From Aliivibrio fischeri ES114 (lineage in GTDB: Bacteria; Pseudomonadota; Gammaproteobacteria; Enterobacterales; Vibrionaceae), in NCBI RefSeq assembly GCF_000011805.1, contig NC_006840.2: a stretch of 32,000 nucleotides of DNA. The stretch is one strand, 5' to 3'. The notes beneath the pieces were generated by a model, which was not told the DNA's origin, ran no database searches, and worked only from the letters and a program-made list of their open reading frames with translations. Positions 9,195 through 18,963 of the stretch are shown here, piece by piece. The first letter of the stretch is position 1; every line of letters begins with the position of its first letter. Both the position numbers and the translations under genes were made by a program.

Positions 9195-10068
9195 ATTCTT
9201 TGGCTTTTAAAACACCTTGAAGGTATTCATCTTTTTCTTTCCATAAGTCGTTTACCCACTTATGAAAGCCACGTTTAAAGGTTTTATCTCCAAAGTAATC
9301 ACCATTCACTTTTTCATCATTTGGATGCAAGTTAATACGAACAACAACTTTGGTTAATTTCCCTTGTAGCATATCGATAAATGGTGATTCTTGGTTATCA
9401 GGATACGCCAGTGTGACATCAACAATCCCATCAAATAATTCACCCATAGCTGAAAGAGTAAAAGCGATACCACCAACTTTTGGCTTAAACAAATGTTGGT
9501 AAGGTGTTCTTGCTTCTTTTAGCTTTTCAGGCGTCGCTCGTGTTCCCTCAACAAAATTAACCACCGTTGTAGGAACAGCTCGAAAGTTTTCACAAGACTT
9601 TTGAATCGCTTTAAAATCATCTTCACGACGTTCAGGATCTCGGCGCATAAATGGCATATCCGCCCCCCAACACGCAAGTCCTACAAAAGGAACGTAAAGT
9701 AATTCATGCTTCAAAAAGAACTTAGTCATAGGTATTTTATCTTTCATTACCGAAGACAAAATAACAATATCAGCCCAACTCACATGGTTTGATAGCAAAA
9801 GATACCAATTATCTTGAGATAAGCTTTCACCACCTTCAATCTCCCACTCAATATTATTATTAATATTAAGCATCCACAGATTTAATGTAGCCCATCCCCA
9901 TAATGTTTTATTCGCCATCGATACCGTAATTTTTTTTACGATAGCAAAAGGAAGAAGTAATTTAATTATTGCAAAGAAGCTGATAATTAAAGATGTTAAT
10001 GCTGTATTTAGCATTACAAGTAATACACTGATAACCAGCCTAATATTAGCAATCATAGAACTCTTCAT
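9193..10068 (-). CDS. yihG: 1-acyl-sn-glycerol-3-phosphate acyltransferase family protein (YihG-like)
   Basis: 291 aa, PlsC-type NHVSWADIVIL (NHX4D-like), FVEGTRATPEK, FKPKVGGIAF; clear resemblance to E. coli YihG. Confidence 0.88.
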   Translation of the reverse strand: MKSSMIANIRLVISVLLVMLNTALTSLIISFFAIIKLLLPFAIVKKITVSMANKTLWGWATLNLWMLNINNNIEWEIEGGESLSQDNWYLLLSNHVSWADIVILSSVMKDKIPMTKFFLKHELLYVPFVGLACWGADMPFMRRDPERREDDFKAIQKSCENFRAVPTTVVNFVEGTRATPEKLKEARTPYQHLFKPKVGGIAFTLSAMGELFDGIVDVTLAYPDNQESPFIDMLQGKLTKVVVRINLHPNDEKVNGDYFGDKTFKRGFHKWVNDLWKEKDEYLQGVLKAKE

Positions 10069-10087
10069 TTATAGATTAGAGTGAATA

Positions 10088-10096
10088 TTATCCACA
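10088..10096 (+). promoter_or_regulatory. Perfect DnaA-box 9-mer TTATCCACA
   Basis: Exact TTATCCACA in the yihG/comM intergenic region, about 20 bp upstream of the yihG-like ATG. Confidence 0.4.
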
Positions 10097-10155
10097 TGAT
10101 AGCAAGTCAGGTCTTTTTTTTGTGAACAATCTTTCATTGCATCTCAATAAAAGGA

Positions 10156-11682
10156 TCAGACTGCTTGAGCAGATAATTGTTTTAGCAACCGATCCATAGC
10201 TCGATAACCTACTGCCTCAGCTAAGTGGATTCGTTGAATATTTTCTTCAGCTGATAAATCAGCGATGGTGCGTGCCACTTTGATAATTCGATGATAAGCC
10301 CGAATGGATAACCCTAGCTGGTGTAGCGTATTTTCTAAAAATGCAGCATCTTCCTTGTCTAGTGGACAATGCTTTTCAATTTCTCGACTTCCTAATAATG
10401 CATTCACTTTACCATTACGCTCTAACATGCGAGCGCGAGCCTGTAAAACTCGATGTTTTACTGCTTGCGTACTTTCACCTCTATCTCCACCTTCTGTGAG
10501 CGTCCCTTTAGGTAATAGCGGTATTTCTAATGACATATCAAAGCGATCTAACAAAGGTCCAGATATTCGATTAAGGTAACGTAAAATCAACTGTGGATTG
10601 GTTCGCGTTTGGTTCCCCTCATAATAACCTGTAGGGCTAGGATTTAATGCTCCGACCAATTGAAAACGTGCAGGAAAACGTGTTTTACTCGCGGCGCGTG
10701 AGATGACTATCTCACCAGATTCTAGTGGTTCCCGCAGTGAATCAAGCACTTTTCTTTCAAACTCCGGCATCTCATCTAAAAATAAAATACCATTGTGAGC
10801 TAATGATATTTCCCCCGGTCGAGGGATAGAGCCACCACCCACCAATGCTGCCATAGAGCTAGAATGATGAGGTGAACGAAAAGGACGGGCTCGCCAATTA
10901 GACTCTGTAATATTTTGATGAGTCAACGAGGCTACCGCTGCCGTTTCTAACGCTTCATCATTGGTCATTTCTGGCAATAAATCACTCATACGGGAAGCGA
11001 GCATGGTTTTACCTGTACCTGGAGGGCCTAAGTACAATAAATTATGTCCTCCAGCAGCTGCTATCTCTAACGCTCGCTTACCTTGCTGTTGACCAATAAT
11101 ATCTTGTAAATCACGCTCTAAAGATAAGGATTGCTCTTCGAGCTGAGGAGTAGTTAATAAACTGAGTTGCTGTTGCCCACACAAAAAACCACACACAGCT
11201 AGTAGGTGAGGCGCAGATTTATGAATATCCTTTCCAACCAACGCAGCCTGATCACCATTATCATCAGGAACAATTAAGCAGCGTTTAGCATTAAGTGAAG
11301 CTAAAGCGGCAGGTAAAACACCTTTTACTCGACGTAACTCACCAGAAAGAGCCAACTCACCAACAAATTCATGACCATCCAATTTATTTTCAGGTATTTG
11401 ATCTGATGCTGCTAGGATCCCAAGAGCAATAGGAAGATCAAATCTTCCACCTTCTTTTGGAAGATCCGCAGGAGCTAAATTAACGGTGATCTTTTTAGAT
11501 GGAAACTCAAAGTTGGCATTAATGATTGCACTTCTTACTCTGTCTTTTGCTTCTTTTACTGTTGTTTCTGGTAAGCCAACCAGACTAAATCCTGGCATCC
11601 CATTACTAATATGAACTTCAACCGTCACCGGTGGTGCTTCTACACCTACACAAGCTCGACTGTGTATTATTGCTAATCCCAT
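10156..11682 (-). CDS. comM: YifB/ComM family Mg-chelatase-like AAA+ ATPase
   Basis: 508 aa, Walker A GPPGTGKTMLA, Walker B LFLDEMPEF, AHNGILFLDEMPEFERKVLDSLREPLESGEIVISRA, Lon-like N-terminal domain VEVHISNGMPGFSLVGLPE. Confidence 0.95.
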   Translation of the reverse strand: MGLAIIHSRACVGVEAPPVTVEVHISNGMPGFSLVGLPETTVKEAKDRVRSAIINANFEFPSKKITVNLAPADLPKEGGRFDLPIALGILAASDQIPENKLDGHEFVGELALSGELRRVKGVLPAALASLNAKRCLIVPDDNGDQAALVGKDIHKSAPHLLAVCGFLCGQQQLSLLTTPQLEEQSLSLERDLQDIIGQQQGKRALEIAAAGGHNLLYLGPPGTGKTMLASRMSDLLPEMTNDEALETAAVASLTHQNITESNWRARPFRSPHHSSSMAALVGGGSIPRPGEISLAHNGILFLDEMPEFERKVLDSLREPLESGEIVISRAASKTRFPARFQLVGALNPSPTGYYEGNQTRTNPQLILRYLNRISGPLLDRFDMSLEIPLLPKGTLTEGGDRGESTQAVKHRVLQARARMLERNGKVNALLGSREIEKHCPLDKEDAAFLENTLHQLGLSIRAYHRIIKVARTIADLSAEENIQRIHLAEAVGYRAMDRLLKQLSAQAV

Positions 11683-11720
11683 TTATATACCCAACTTATT
11701 TGATTAAAGACCAATCTGTA

Positions 11721-11748
11721 TTGATTTTATGTTTTTGTTATATATAAG
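11721..11748 (+). promoter_or_regulatory. Candidate promoter for ilv operon
   Basis: TTGATT (11721-11726), 16-nt spacer, TATAAG (11743-11748), about 120 nt upstream of the leader-peptide ATG. Confidence 0.4.
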
Positions 11749-11870
11749 CGCTAAATGAACGAGAATTGTGAATTAAATGATAGTTTTTTCTTGTCATGAG
11801 AGCCATGTCTGTGTTACCACTAAGTTAATGTAACGAAATATCAAAAAGAAAACGTTTACGGATAGATAAA

Positions 11871-11960
11871 ATGACCTTTTTTGCTCAACTGAATATTCTG
11901 ATTATTAACATTCTAGTGGTGATTCTGGTCACCGCTCGGGGATGTGTGAGCAAAAAGTAG
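11871..11960 (+). CDS. ilvL: ilvGMEDA operon leader (attenuator) peptide
   Basis: 29-aa ORF MTFFAQLNILIINILVVILVTARGCVSKK (below track length cutoff); 13 of 29 residues are Ile/Leu/Val; followed by an intrinsic terminator and ilvG. Confidence 0.93.
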   Translation: MTFFAQLNILIINILVVILVTARGCVSKK

Positions 11961-12011
11961 AGTTACAAGCACACTAAAAACCCCCAAGCCAACAAGCAAG
12001 GGGGTTTTTTT
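11916..12011 (+). promoter_or_regulatory. ilv transcription attenuator with pause, antiterminator and terminator structures
   Basis: 1:2 hairpin GTGGTGA (11916-11922)/TCACCGC (11929-11935). 2:3 pairing GGGG (11938-11941)..GTGTG (11944-11948) with CACAC (11970-11974)..CCCC (within 11981-11985). Terminator AAAAACCCCC (11976-11985)/GGGGGTTTTT (12000-12009). Confidence 0.85.
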
Positions 12012-12089
12012 ATAAGTTCAGGAAGAGAAATGGGGGCACATGATGTGCGAGAGAAAACAGACAACCACTCACGCAGGGAGCGAAAGAGT

Positions 12090-13736
12090 ATGAATGGCTC
12101 ACAGTTAGTAGTAAAAGCCTTAAGAGACGAAGGAATTGAAACCGTCTTTGGTTATCCTGGTGGGGCTATCATGCCTATTTATGATGCATTATATGATGGT
12201 GGCGTTGAGCACATATTATGTCGTCATGAACAAGGTGCAGCAATGGCTGCAATAGGAATGGCAAGAGCAAGCAAAGATGTTGCTGTATGCCTTGCAACAT
12301 CAGGTCCAGGAGCAACAAACCTAATTACGGGTCTTGCTGATGCCATGTTAGATTCCATTCCTCTTGTTGCTATCACAGGTCAAGTGGCGAGTAATTTAAT
12401 CGGTACTGATGCTTTCCAAGAAATGGATGTCATCGGTATGTCTCTCTCATGTACTAAACACAGTTATTTGGTTACTGATATCAATGAACTTGCACCTGTG
12501 ATTGCTGAAGCATTTGAGGTAGCAAAATCAGGACGTCCCGGCCCTGTATTAATTGATATAGCCAAAGACGTACAACTCGCTGAAGCTCCTGTTACTTCTC
12601 TTCCATATTTTGAAGCACCTAGTATCCCTGTTGTTGTTCCTGAAGCTATTGAAGCGGCTGAGGCATTACTAAGAGCCAGCAACAAACCGGTATTGTATGT
12701 GGGTGGCGGTGTTCAACTGGCACACGCAACCGACTCTGTTCGTGATTTTTTAACCAATAATCCGATGCCTTCAGTAAGTACATTAAAAGGTTTAGGTTCA
12801 ATAGGAAGACACGATCCCCATTATCTTGGAATGGTAGGTATGCACGGCACTAAAGCTGCCAACCTAATTGTTCAAGAATCTGATTTACTTATTGTTGTTG
12901 GTGCTCGTTTTGATGATCGTGTGACAGGAAAATTAGAAAGCTTTGCTCCTCATGCGAAAGTAATCCATATCGATATTGATGCAGCAGAATTCAATAAGCT
13001 TCGCCACGCTCATTCAACACTACGCGGTGACATAAAGGTTATCCTTCCTCAATTGAAACTAGAGCAGGACCTTACCCCTTGGTTAGAACATGTTTCTTCT
13101 CTTCGCTCTGAATTTAAATGGCGCTACGATCACCCGGGTGAATTAATTTATGCCCCTCTGCTACTAAAGCAACTTTCTGACATGATGCCAGACAGCGCTA
13201 TCGTATCGACAGATGTAGGCCAACATCAAATGTGGGCAGCTCAACATATCCAACCTCGAGCTCCTGAAAATTACCTCACTTCCGCAGGTCTTGGCACCAT
13301 GGGGTTCGGTTTACCCGCTGCAATGGGAGCAAAAGTGGCTCGTCCTGATGATCAATCTATTCTGATTTCAGGTGATGGTTCTTTCATGATGAATGTACAA
13401 GAACTCGGTACGATTAAGCGTAAACAAATCCCTGTGAAGATGGTTCTTATTAACAACCAACGTTTAGGCATGGTTCGCCAATGGCAATCTTTGTTTTTTG
13501 ATGGCCGCCACAGTGAAACCATTCTTGATGATAATCCTGATTTTGTTGCTCTTGCTGCCGCCTTTGGTATTCCTGGAAAAACCATCACAATAAAAGAAGA
13601 AGTAGAACCCGCTTTAAAAGAAATGCTTGAAAGCGACACGGCTTATCTGCTGCATGTTCTTATTTCAGAAGAAGAAAACGTATGGCCTTTGGTTCCGCCA
13701 GGCGCTGCAAACCAAGATATGGTGGAGGGAGAATAA
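12090..13736 (+). CDS. ilvG: Acetolactate synthase II large subunit
   Basis: [56 protein letters not shown]; ThDP motif [31 protein letters not shown]. Start trimmed from 12030. Intact, unlike the frameshifted E. coli K-12 allele. Confidence 0.96.
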   Translation: MNGSQLVVKALRDEGIETVFGYPGGAIMPIYDALYDGGVEHILCRHEQGAAMAAIGMARASKDVAVCLATSGPGATNLITGLADAMLDSIPLVAITGQVASNLIGTDAFQEMDVIGMSLSCTKHSYLVTDINELAPVIAEAFEVAKSGRPGPVLIDIAKDVQLAEAPVTSLPYFEAPSIPVVVPEAIEAAEALLRASNKPVLYVGGGVQLAHATDSVRDFLTNNPMPSVSTLKGLGSIGRHDPHYLGMVGMHGTKAANLIVQESDLLIVVGARFDDRVTGKLESFAPHAKVIHIDIDAAEFNKLRHAHSTLRGDIKVILPQLKLEQDLTPWLEHVSSLRSEFKWRYDHPGELIYAPLLLKQLSDMMPDSAIVSTDVGQHQMWAAQHIQPRAPENYLTSAGLGTMGFGLPAAMGAKVARPDDQSILISGDGSFMMNVQELGTIKRKQIPVKMVLINNQRLGMVRQWQSLFFDGRHSETILDDNPDFVALAAAFGIPGKTITIKEEVEPALKEMLESDTAYLLHVLISEEENVWPLVPPGAANQDMVEGE

Positions 13737-13981
13737 TGCAACGTTATATTTTAGAAATTGAAGCTAACGATAGACCGGTTTTATTAGAACGTGTATTACG
13801 CGTTATTCGTCACCGTGGTTTTATCATCAAGCAAGTATTAGCAACACAAAATCAAGCCAGCAAAGTAGCTGCAATTGAAATCATCGTAGAAAGTGACCGA
13901 CCAATTAGCCTTCTTACTAATCAAATAGAAAAGCTTTGGGATATTACCGCCGTTAACGTTTCTACATTACATCGCGCATAA
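13736..13981 (+). CDS. ilvM: Acetolactate synthase II small subunit
   Basis: [34 protein letters not shown] (ACT domain), 81 aa. ATG overlaps the ilvG stop in TAATG. Start trimmed from 13682. Confidence 0.93.
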   Translation: MQRYILEIEANDRPVLLERVLRVIRHRGFIIKQVLATQNQASKVAAIEIIVESDRPISLLTNQIEKLWDITAVNVSTLHRA

Positions 13982-13993
13982 GGATTAGTGACA

Positions 13994-14941
13994 ATGTCAA
14001 AGACAGCAGATTTTATTTGGTTTAATGGTGAGATGGTTCCTTGGGCAGACGCAAATGTGCACGTTCTGACTCACGCAATGCATTATGGAACATCCGTTTT
14101 TGAAGGGGTGCGTTGTTATAACACGCCAAATGGTCCAATTATTTTCCGCCACCCAGAGCACGCAAAACGTTTAAAAAATTCCGCTAAAATTTATCGCTTC
14201 CCAATTCCATATACTGAAGAAGAAATTATGGAAGCAACACGTGAAACCTTACGTCAAAACAAACTCGATTCTGCTTATATTCGTCCTTTGGGCTTTGTAG
14301 GAAATGTTGGTTTAGGTGTTTGCCCACCAGAAGATACGGAAATGGAACTCATTATTGCTGCATTCCCATGGGGATCTTACCTAGGAGAAGAAGCATTAGA
14401 AAATGGGGTTGATGCCATGATTTCAAGTTGGAACCGTGCTGCACCAAATACCATTCCAACCGCAGCAAAAGCAGGTGGTAACTATTTATCTTCTTTATTG
14501 GTTGGTGGTGAAGCCCGTCGTCATGGTTACGATGAAGGTATTGCTTTAAGTGTTGATGGCTATCTTTCTGAAGGAGCTGGTGAAAACCTATTTGTTGTTC
14601 GTGATGGTATTCTTTCTACGCCACCTGCAACCAGTGCCATCTTACCGGGAATAACTCGAGATTCTATCATGACGCTTGCAAAAGATATGGGGTATGAAAT
14701 TCGTGAAGAAAACATCGCACGCGAAGCGCTATATCTTGCAGACGAAGTATTTATGACAGGCACAGCGGCTGAAATCGTTCCAGTACGCTCTGTTGACAAG
14801 ATTACCGTTGGTGAAGGTAAACGTGGTCCTATCACAAAAGAGATCCAAGCCGCTTACTTTGGTCTGTTCAATGGAACAACCGAAGATAAATGGGGTTGGT
14901 TAGATTACGTATACCCAGAAAATGCACCATCAGCTAAATAA
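13994..14941 (+). CDS. ilvE: Branched-chain amino acid aminotransferase
   Basis: [42 protein letters not shown]; [10 protein letters not shown]; [13 protein letters not shown]. Start trimmed from a GTG at 13988. Confidence 0.96.
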   Translation: MSKTADFIWFNGEMVPWADANVHVLTHAMHYGTSVFEGVRCYNTPNGPIIFRHPEHAKRLKNSAKIYRFPIPYTEEEIMEATRETLRQNKLDSAYIRPLGFVGNVGLGVCPPEDTEMELIIAAFPWGSYLGEEALENGVDAMISSWNRAAPNTIPTAAKAGGNYLSSLLVGGEARRHGYDEGIALSVDGYLSEGAGENLFVVRDGILSTPPATSAILPGITRDSIMTLAKDMGYEIREENIAREALYLADEVFMTGTAAEIVPVRSVDKITVGEGKRGPITKEIQAAYFGLFNGTTEDKWGWLDYVYPENAPSAK

Positions 14942-14958
14942 TTTATAAGGATATAAGA

Positions 14959-16800
14959 ATGCCAACTTATCGTTCAGCCACCACCACTCACGGACGTAAC
15001 ATGGCCGGAGCACGCGCTTTATGGCGTGCAACTGGCGTTAAAGAAGATGACTTTGGTAAACCCATCATTGCTGTTGTTAACTCATTTACTCAATTTGTTC
15101 CGGGTCACGTACATCTTAAAGACATGGGACAACTTGTTGCTGGCGAAATAGAAAAAGCCGGCGGTATCGCCAAAGAGTTTAATACTATCGCCGTTGATGA
15201 TGGTATCGCTATGGGTCACGGTGGCATGCTTTATTCTCTGCCATCACGCGAACTCATTGCAGACTCTGTTGAATACATGGTTAATGCTCACTGTGCTGAT
15301 GCTATGGTATGTATTTCTAACTGCGACAAAATTACCCCAGGAATGATGATGGCTGCAATGCGTCTTAACATTCCAGTAATTTTTGTGTCAGGCGGCCCAA
15401 TGGAAGCAGGAAAAACTAAGCTTTCAGATCAAATAATCAAACTGGATCTTGTTGATGCAATGATCCAAGGTGCCGATCCTACGGTTTCCGATGCTCAAAG
15501 TGAGCAGATCGAGCGTTCAGCTTGTCCAACTTGTGGATCGTGTTCAGGAATGTTCACGGCTAACTCAATGAACTGTTTAACCGAAGCGCTCGGTTTATCT
15601 CAACCAGGTAATGGCTCAATGCTCGCTACTCACGCCGACCGCGAGCAGCTGTTTATTAATGCAGGTAAACGTATTGTTGAATTAACAAAGCGTTATTATG
15701 AGCAAGATGATGAATCAGCACTTCCAAGAAATATTGCCGACCGTGCTGCATTTGAAAATGCCATGGCACTTGATATCGCAATGGGTGGTTCTAGTAATAC
15801 CGTTCTTCACCTTTTAGCTTCTGCTCAAGAAGGCGAAATTGATTTCGATATGGGTGACATTGATGAGATGTCTCGTCGAGTACCTCACTTGTGTAAAGTC
15901 GCTCCATCAACGCCTAAATATCATATGGAAGATGTTCACCGAGCAGGTGGTGTAATGGCTATCCTTGGTGAGTTAGATAGAGCTGGGCTTCTGAATAATC
16001 AAACAAAAACGGTTCTTGGCTTAACCATGCAAGAGCAACTTGCACAATACGATATTATGCAAACTGAAGACGAAGAGATCCTTAAATTCTTCCGTGCAGG
16101 ACCTGCAGGGATCCGAACAACAAAAGCATTCTCGCAAGATTGCCGTTGGGATCGCCTTGATGACGACCGAAAAGAAGGGTGTATTCGAACCAAAGAAAAT
16201 GCCTTTAGCCAAGAAGGTGGTCTCGCCGTTCTATCTGGCAATATAGCGGTTGATGGTTGTATTGTAAAAACCGCCGGCGTTGATGAAGAAAATCTAAAGT
16301 TCCAAGGTCCAGCCATTGTTTTTGAAAGCCAAGACTCAGCGGTAGAAGGCATTTTAGGTGGAAAAGTTAAAGCGGGTGAAGTCGTTGTTATTCGCTACGA
16401 AGGTCCAAAGGGTGGTCCAGGTATGCAAGAAATGCTTTACCCAACCACTTACTTGAAATCAATGGGCTTAGGCAAAGCATGTGCGCTTCTAACTGATGGT
16501 CGATTCTCTGGTGGTACATCAGGCCTATCTATAGGTCACGCATCTCCAGAAGCTGCAAGTGGTGGCACAATAGGTTTAGTTAACGATGGTGATATCATTA
16601 CCATCGATATCCCAAGCCGCTCAATTACGCTTGATGTACCAGAATCAGAACTGCAAGCTCGTCGAGCGAAACAAGATGAACTCGGTTGGAAACCTGTGAA
16701 TCGTCAACGTGAAGTCTCTTTTGCATTAAAAGCCTATGCAAGTATGGCAACAAGTGCAGATAAAGGTGCTGTTCGTGATAAATCTAAGTTAGAAGGGTAA
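14959..16800 (+). CDS. ilvD: Dihydroxy-acid dehydratase
   Basis: 613 aa; [60 protein letters not shown]. Confidence 0.97.
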   Translation: MPTYRSATTTHGRNMAGARALWRATGVKEDDFGKPIIAVVNSFTQFVPGHVHLKDMGQLVAGEIEKAGGIAKEFNTIAVDDGIAMGHGGMLYSLPSRELIADSVEYMVNAHCADAMVCISNCDKITPGMMMAAMRLNIPVIFVSGGPMEAGKTKLSDQIIKLDLVDAMIQGADPTVSDAQSEQIERSACPTCGSCSGMFTANSMNCLTEALGLSQPGNGSMLATHADREQLFINAGKRIVELTKRYYEQDDESALPRNIADRAAFENAMALDIAMGGSSNTVLHLLASAQEGEIDFDMGDIDEMSRRVPHLCKVAPSTPKYHMEDVHRAGGVMAILGELDRAGLLNNQTKTVLGLTMQEQLAQYDIMQTEDEEILKFFRAGPAGIRTTKAFSQDCRWDRLDDDRKEGCIRTKENAFSQEGGLAVLSGNIAVDGCIVKTAGVDEENLKFQGPAIVFESQDSAVEGILGGKVKAGEVVVIRYEGPKGGPGMQEMLYPTTYLKSMGLGKACALLTDGRFSGGTSGLSIGHASPEAASGGTIGLVNDGDIITIDIPSRSITLDVPESELQARRAKQDELGWKPVNRQREVSFALKAYASMATSADKGAVRDKSKLEG

Positions 16801-16804
16801 GCCT

Positions 16805-18337
16805 ATGAGCAACTCTTCATATCAAACTGGCGCAGAATATCTGCGTCAGATCTTACGAGCACCAATCTATGAAGTGGCAACAGTAACACCACTTCAAGAT
16901 ATGCCTCGTTTATCTGAGCGCATTAACAACCGAGTTCAGTTAAAGCGAGAAGACCGTCAACCGGTTCACTCCTTTAAACTTCGTGGTGCTTACAATATGG
17001 TTGCAAATCTAACCCAAGAGCAAAAAAATGCTGGGGTTATTGCTGCATCTGCTGGTAATCACGCTCAAGGTATGGCGCTTTCAGGAACCAAGCTGGGCAT
17101 TCAAACGACAATAGTGATGCCCAAAACGACACCGGATATCAAAGTTGAAGCCGTAAAAGGTTTTGGTGGAAATGTGGTTCTACATGGCAGTAATTTCGAT
17201 GAAGCCAAAGCAGAAGCAGAACGTTTATCACAACTCCACGGTTATACTTTTGTACCTCCGTTTGATCACCCACTGGTGATTGCAGGTCAAGGAACAATAG
17301 GAATGGAGATGCTGCAACAAAATGGTCATCTCGATTATATCTTTGTACCTGTTGGTGGTGGTGGTTTAGCTGCTGGTATTGCAGTGCTAATAAAACAACT
17401 CATGCCTGAAATAAAAGTTATCGCTGTTGAGCCTGAAGACTCTTCTTGTTTAAAAGCGGCTTTAGATGCTGGTGAGCCTGTCATTCTTGATCAAGTGAGT
17501 ATGTTTGCCGATGGTGTCGCTGTTAAACGCATTGGTGATGAAACTTTCCGTCTATGTCAAAAATACCTTGATGGCCATATCAGCGTATCAAGTGATGAAA
17601 TTTGTGCAGCGGTAAAAGATATTTTTGAAGATACAAGAGCGATTGCAGAACCCTCTGGTGCATTGGCATTAGCTGGTCTGAAAAAATTTGCAGATCAACA
17701 TCAATTAGAAAACAAACAACTAGGAACCGTACTTTCTGGTGCAAATACTAACTTCCATGGTTTACGTTATGTATCTGAGCGCTGTGAGTTAGGTGAAAAA
17801 CGAGAAGGGCTATTGGCTGTAACGATTCCGGAACGTCAGGGCGCTTTCTTTGAATTTTGTAATCTAATTGGTGGCAGAGCTGTTACTGAATTTAACTACC
17901 GCTATAACGACGATAAGCTAGCTAACATTTTTGTTGGTGTTCGCTTACAAGAAGGGCAAGAAGAGCTTGATAACATCATTAATGATCTACAAAAGGGAGA
18001 ATACCCGGTTGTTGATTTATCTGATGATGAAATGGCTAAGCTGCATATACGTTATATGATTGGTGGTAAACCATCAAAAACAATTCAAGAACGTTTATAC
18101 AGTTTTGAATTTCCAGAATACCCTGGAGCGCTCGTTCGCTTCTTAAGTACTCTAGGTACTCACTGGAATATCAGTCTCTTCAATTATCGTAACCACGGTG
18201 CAGATTATGGACGTGTGTTATGTGGTTTTGAGCTAACTGATTCTGATCTTGCTAGTTTTTCAAAACACCTTGAAGAGCTTGGTTATCAATGGAAAGATGA
18301 GACAGATAATCTAGCTTATCGATTCTTTTTATCCTAA
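16805..18337 (+). CDS. ilvA: Biosynthetic threonine deaminase
   Basis: 510 aa; KREDRQPVHSFKLRGAYNM (PLP lysine), PVGGGGLAAG, two C-terminal ACT-like regions including GALVRFLSTLGTHWNISLFNYRNHGADYGRVL. Confidence 0.96.
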   Translation: MSNSSYQTGAEYLRQILRAPIYEVATVTPLQDMPRLSERINNRVQLKREDRQPVHSFKLRGAYNMVANLTQEQKNAGVIAASAGNHAQGMALSGTKLGIQTTIVMPKTTPDIKVEAVKGFGGNVVLHGSNFDEAKAEAERLSQLHGYTFVPPFDHPLVIAGQGTIGMEMLQQNGHLDYIFVPVGGGGLAAGIAVLIKQLMPEIKVIAVEPEDSSCLKAALDAGEPVILDQVSMFADGVAVKRIGDETFRLCQKYLDGHISVSSDEICAAVKDIFEDTRAIAEPSGALALAGLKKFADQHQLENKQLGTVLSGANTNFHGLRYVSERCELGEKREGLLAVTIPERQGAFFEFCNLIGGRAVTEFNYRYNDDKLANIFVGVRLQEGQEELDNIINDLQKGEYPVVDLSDDEMAKLHIRYMIGGKPSKTIQERLYSFEFPEYPGALVRFLSTLGTHWNISLFNYRNHGADYGRVLCGFELTDSDLASFSKHLEELGYQWKDETDNLAYRFFLS

Positions 18338-18350
18338 GACCGTACGGCGT

Positions 18351-18382
18351 AATAAGGCTAATTAAAATTTAGCCTTATTTTC
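18351..18382 (+). terminator. Rho-independent terminator after ilvGMEDA
   Basis: AATAAGGCTAA (18351-18361) / 7-nt loop / TTAGCCTTATT (18369-18379) then T-rich tail. Confidence 0.78.
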
Positions 18383-18408
18383 ATTCAAATTTGAAATTAT
18401 GCTATACA
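18380..18408 (+). promoter_or_regulatory. Candidate extended -10 promoter for the cold-shock gene
   Basis: TTCATT (18380-18385), 17-nt spacer ending TGC, TATACA (18403-18408). Would imply a leader of about 200 nt. Confidence 0.35.
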
Positions 18409-18613
18409 ATCGGTTAAAAAATGCTATTATTTTGCTCGGCCTGTAAACAGACCTATTTATCTGTAATATTATGCTTTTGAAACCTTCGTTATACTGCTTT
18501 ACCAGTTATGCTTGAAGCTTTTTATACATATGTTTTACCTCAAATAAATAATTCTTTATGGCTACAACTTCGCATTATGCGAATTATTTAATTTAAAAAA
18601 ATTAGGATTTATT

Positions 18614-18823
18614 ATGTCTAAATCAACTGGTATCGTTAAGTGGTTCAACGAAGAGAAAGGTTTCGGTTTCATTACTCAAGATAACGGCGGCGCTGACGTA
18701 TTCGTTCACTTCCGTGCTATCGCAACTGAAGGTTTCAAAACTCTGAAAGAAGGCCAAGCGGTAACTTTCACTGTTGAACAAGGTCAAAAAGGCCCACAAG
18801 CTGCAGACGTTACTCCAGCTTAA
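18614..18823 (+). CDS. Cold-shock domain protein (CspA family)
   Basis: 69 aa [36 protein letters not shown]...; RNP1 KGFGFI and RNP2 VFVHF. Confidence 0.96.
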   Translation: MSKSTGIVKWFNEEKGFGFITQDNGGADVFVHFRAIATEGFKTLKEGQAVTFTVEQGQKGPQAADVTPA

Positions 18824-18848
18824 TTCGAATTTTTCGAATAGAATTTTT

Positions 18849-18879
18849 AAAAATGCTGACTTCGGTCAGCATTTTTTTT
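18849..18879. terminator. Rho-independent terminator with UUCG tetraloop (cold-shock gene)
   Basis: AAAAATGCTGAC / TTCG / GTCAGCATTTTTTTT. Confidence 0.95.
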
Positions 18880-18911
18880 ATCTCGATTTTGTCTATAGAC
18901 TAGACAGATAT

Positions 18912-18940
18912 AAAAAAAGAAGCCTAATGGCTTCTTTTTT
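18912..18940. terminator. Second intrinsic terminator, well placed for convergent glmU
   Basis: AAAAAAAGAAGCC / TAAT / GGCTTCTTTTTT, with T-run in both orientations; 24 nt beyond the glmU stop. Confidence 0.9.
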
Positions 18941-18963
18941 ACTATCAATAGATTATCTATAAA

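Noticed and set aside
15999-16352. Antisense ORFs across ilvD (15999-16352, 16021-16212) and the + ORF 16040-16246
   Set aside because: Shadow frames of ilvD; no ribosome-binding site or family resemblance.
18774-18962. 62-aa ORF running from the csp gene through both terminators
   Set aside because: Begins inside csp out of frame and translates two intrinsic terminators.
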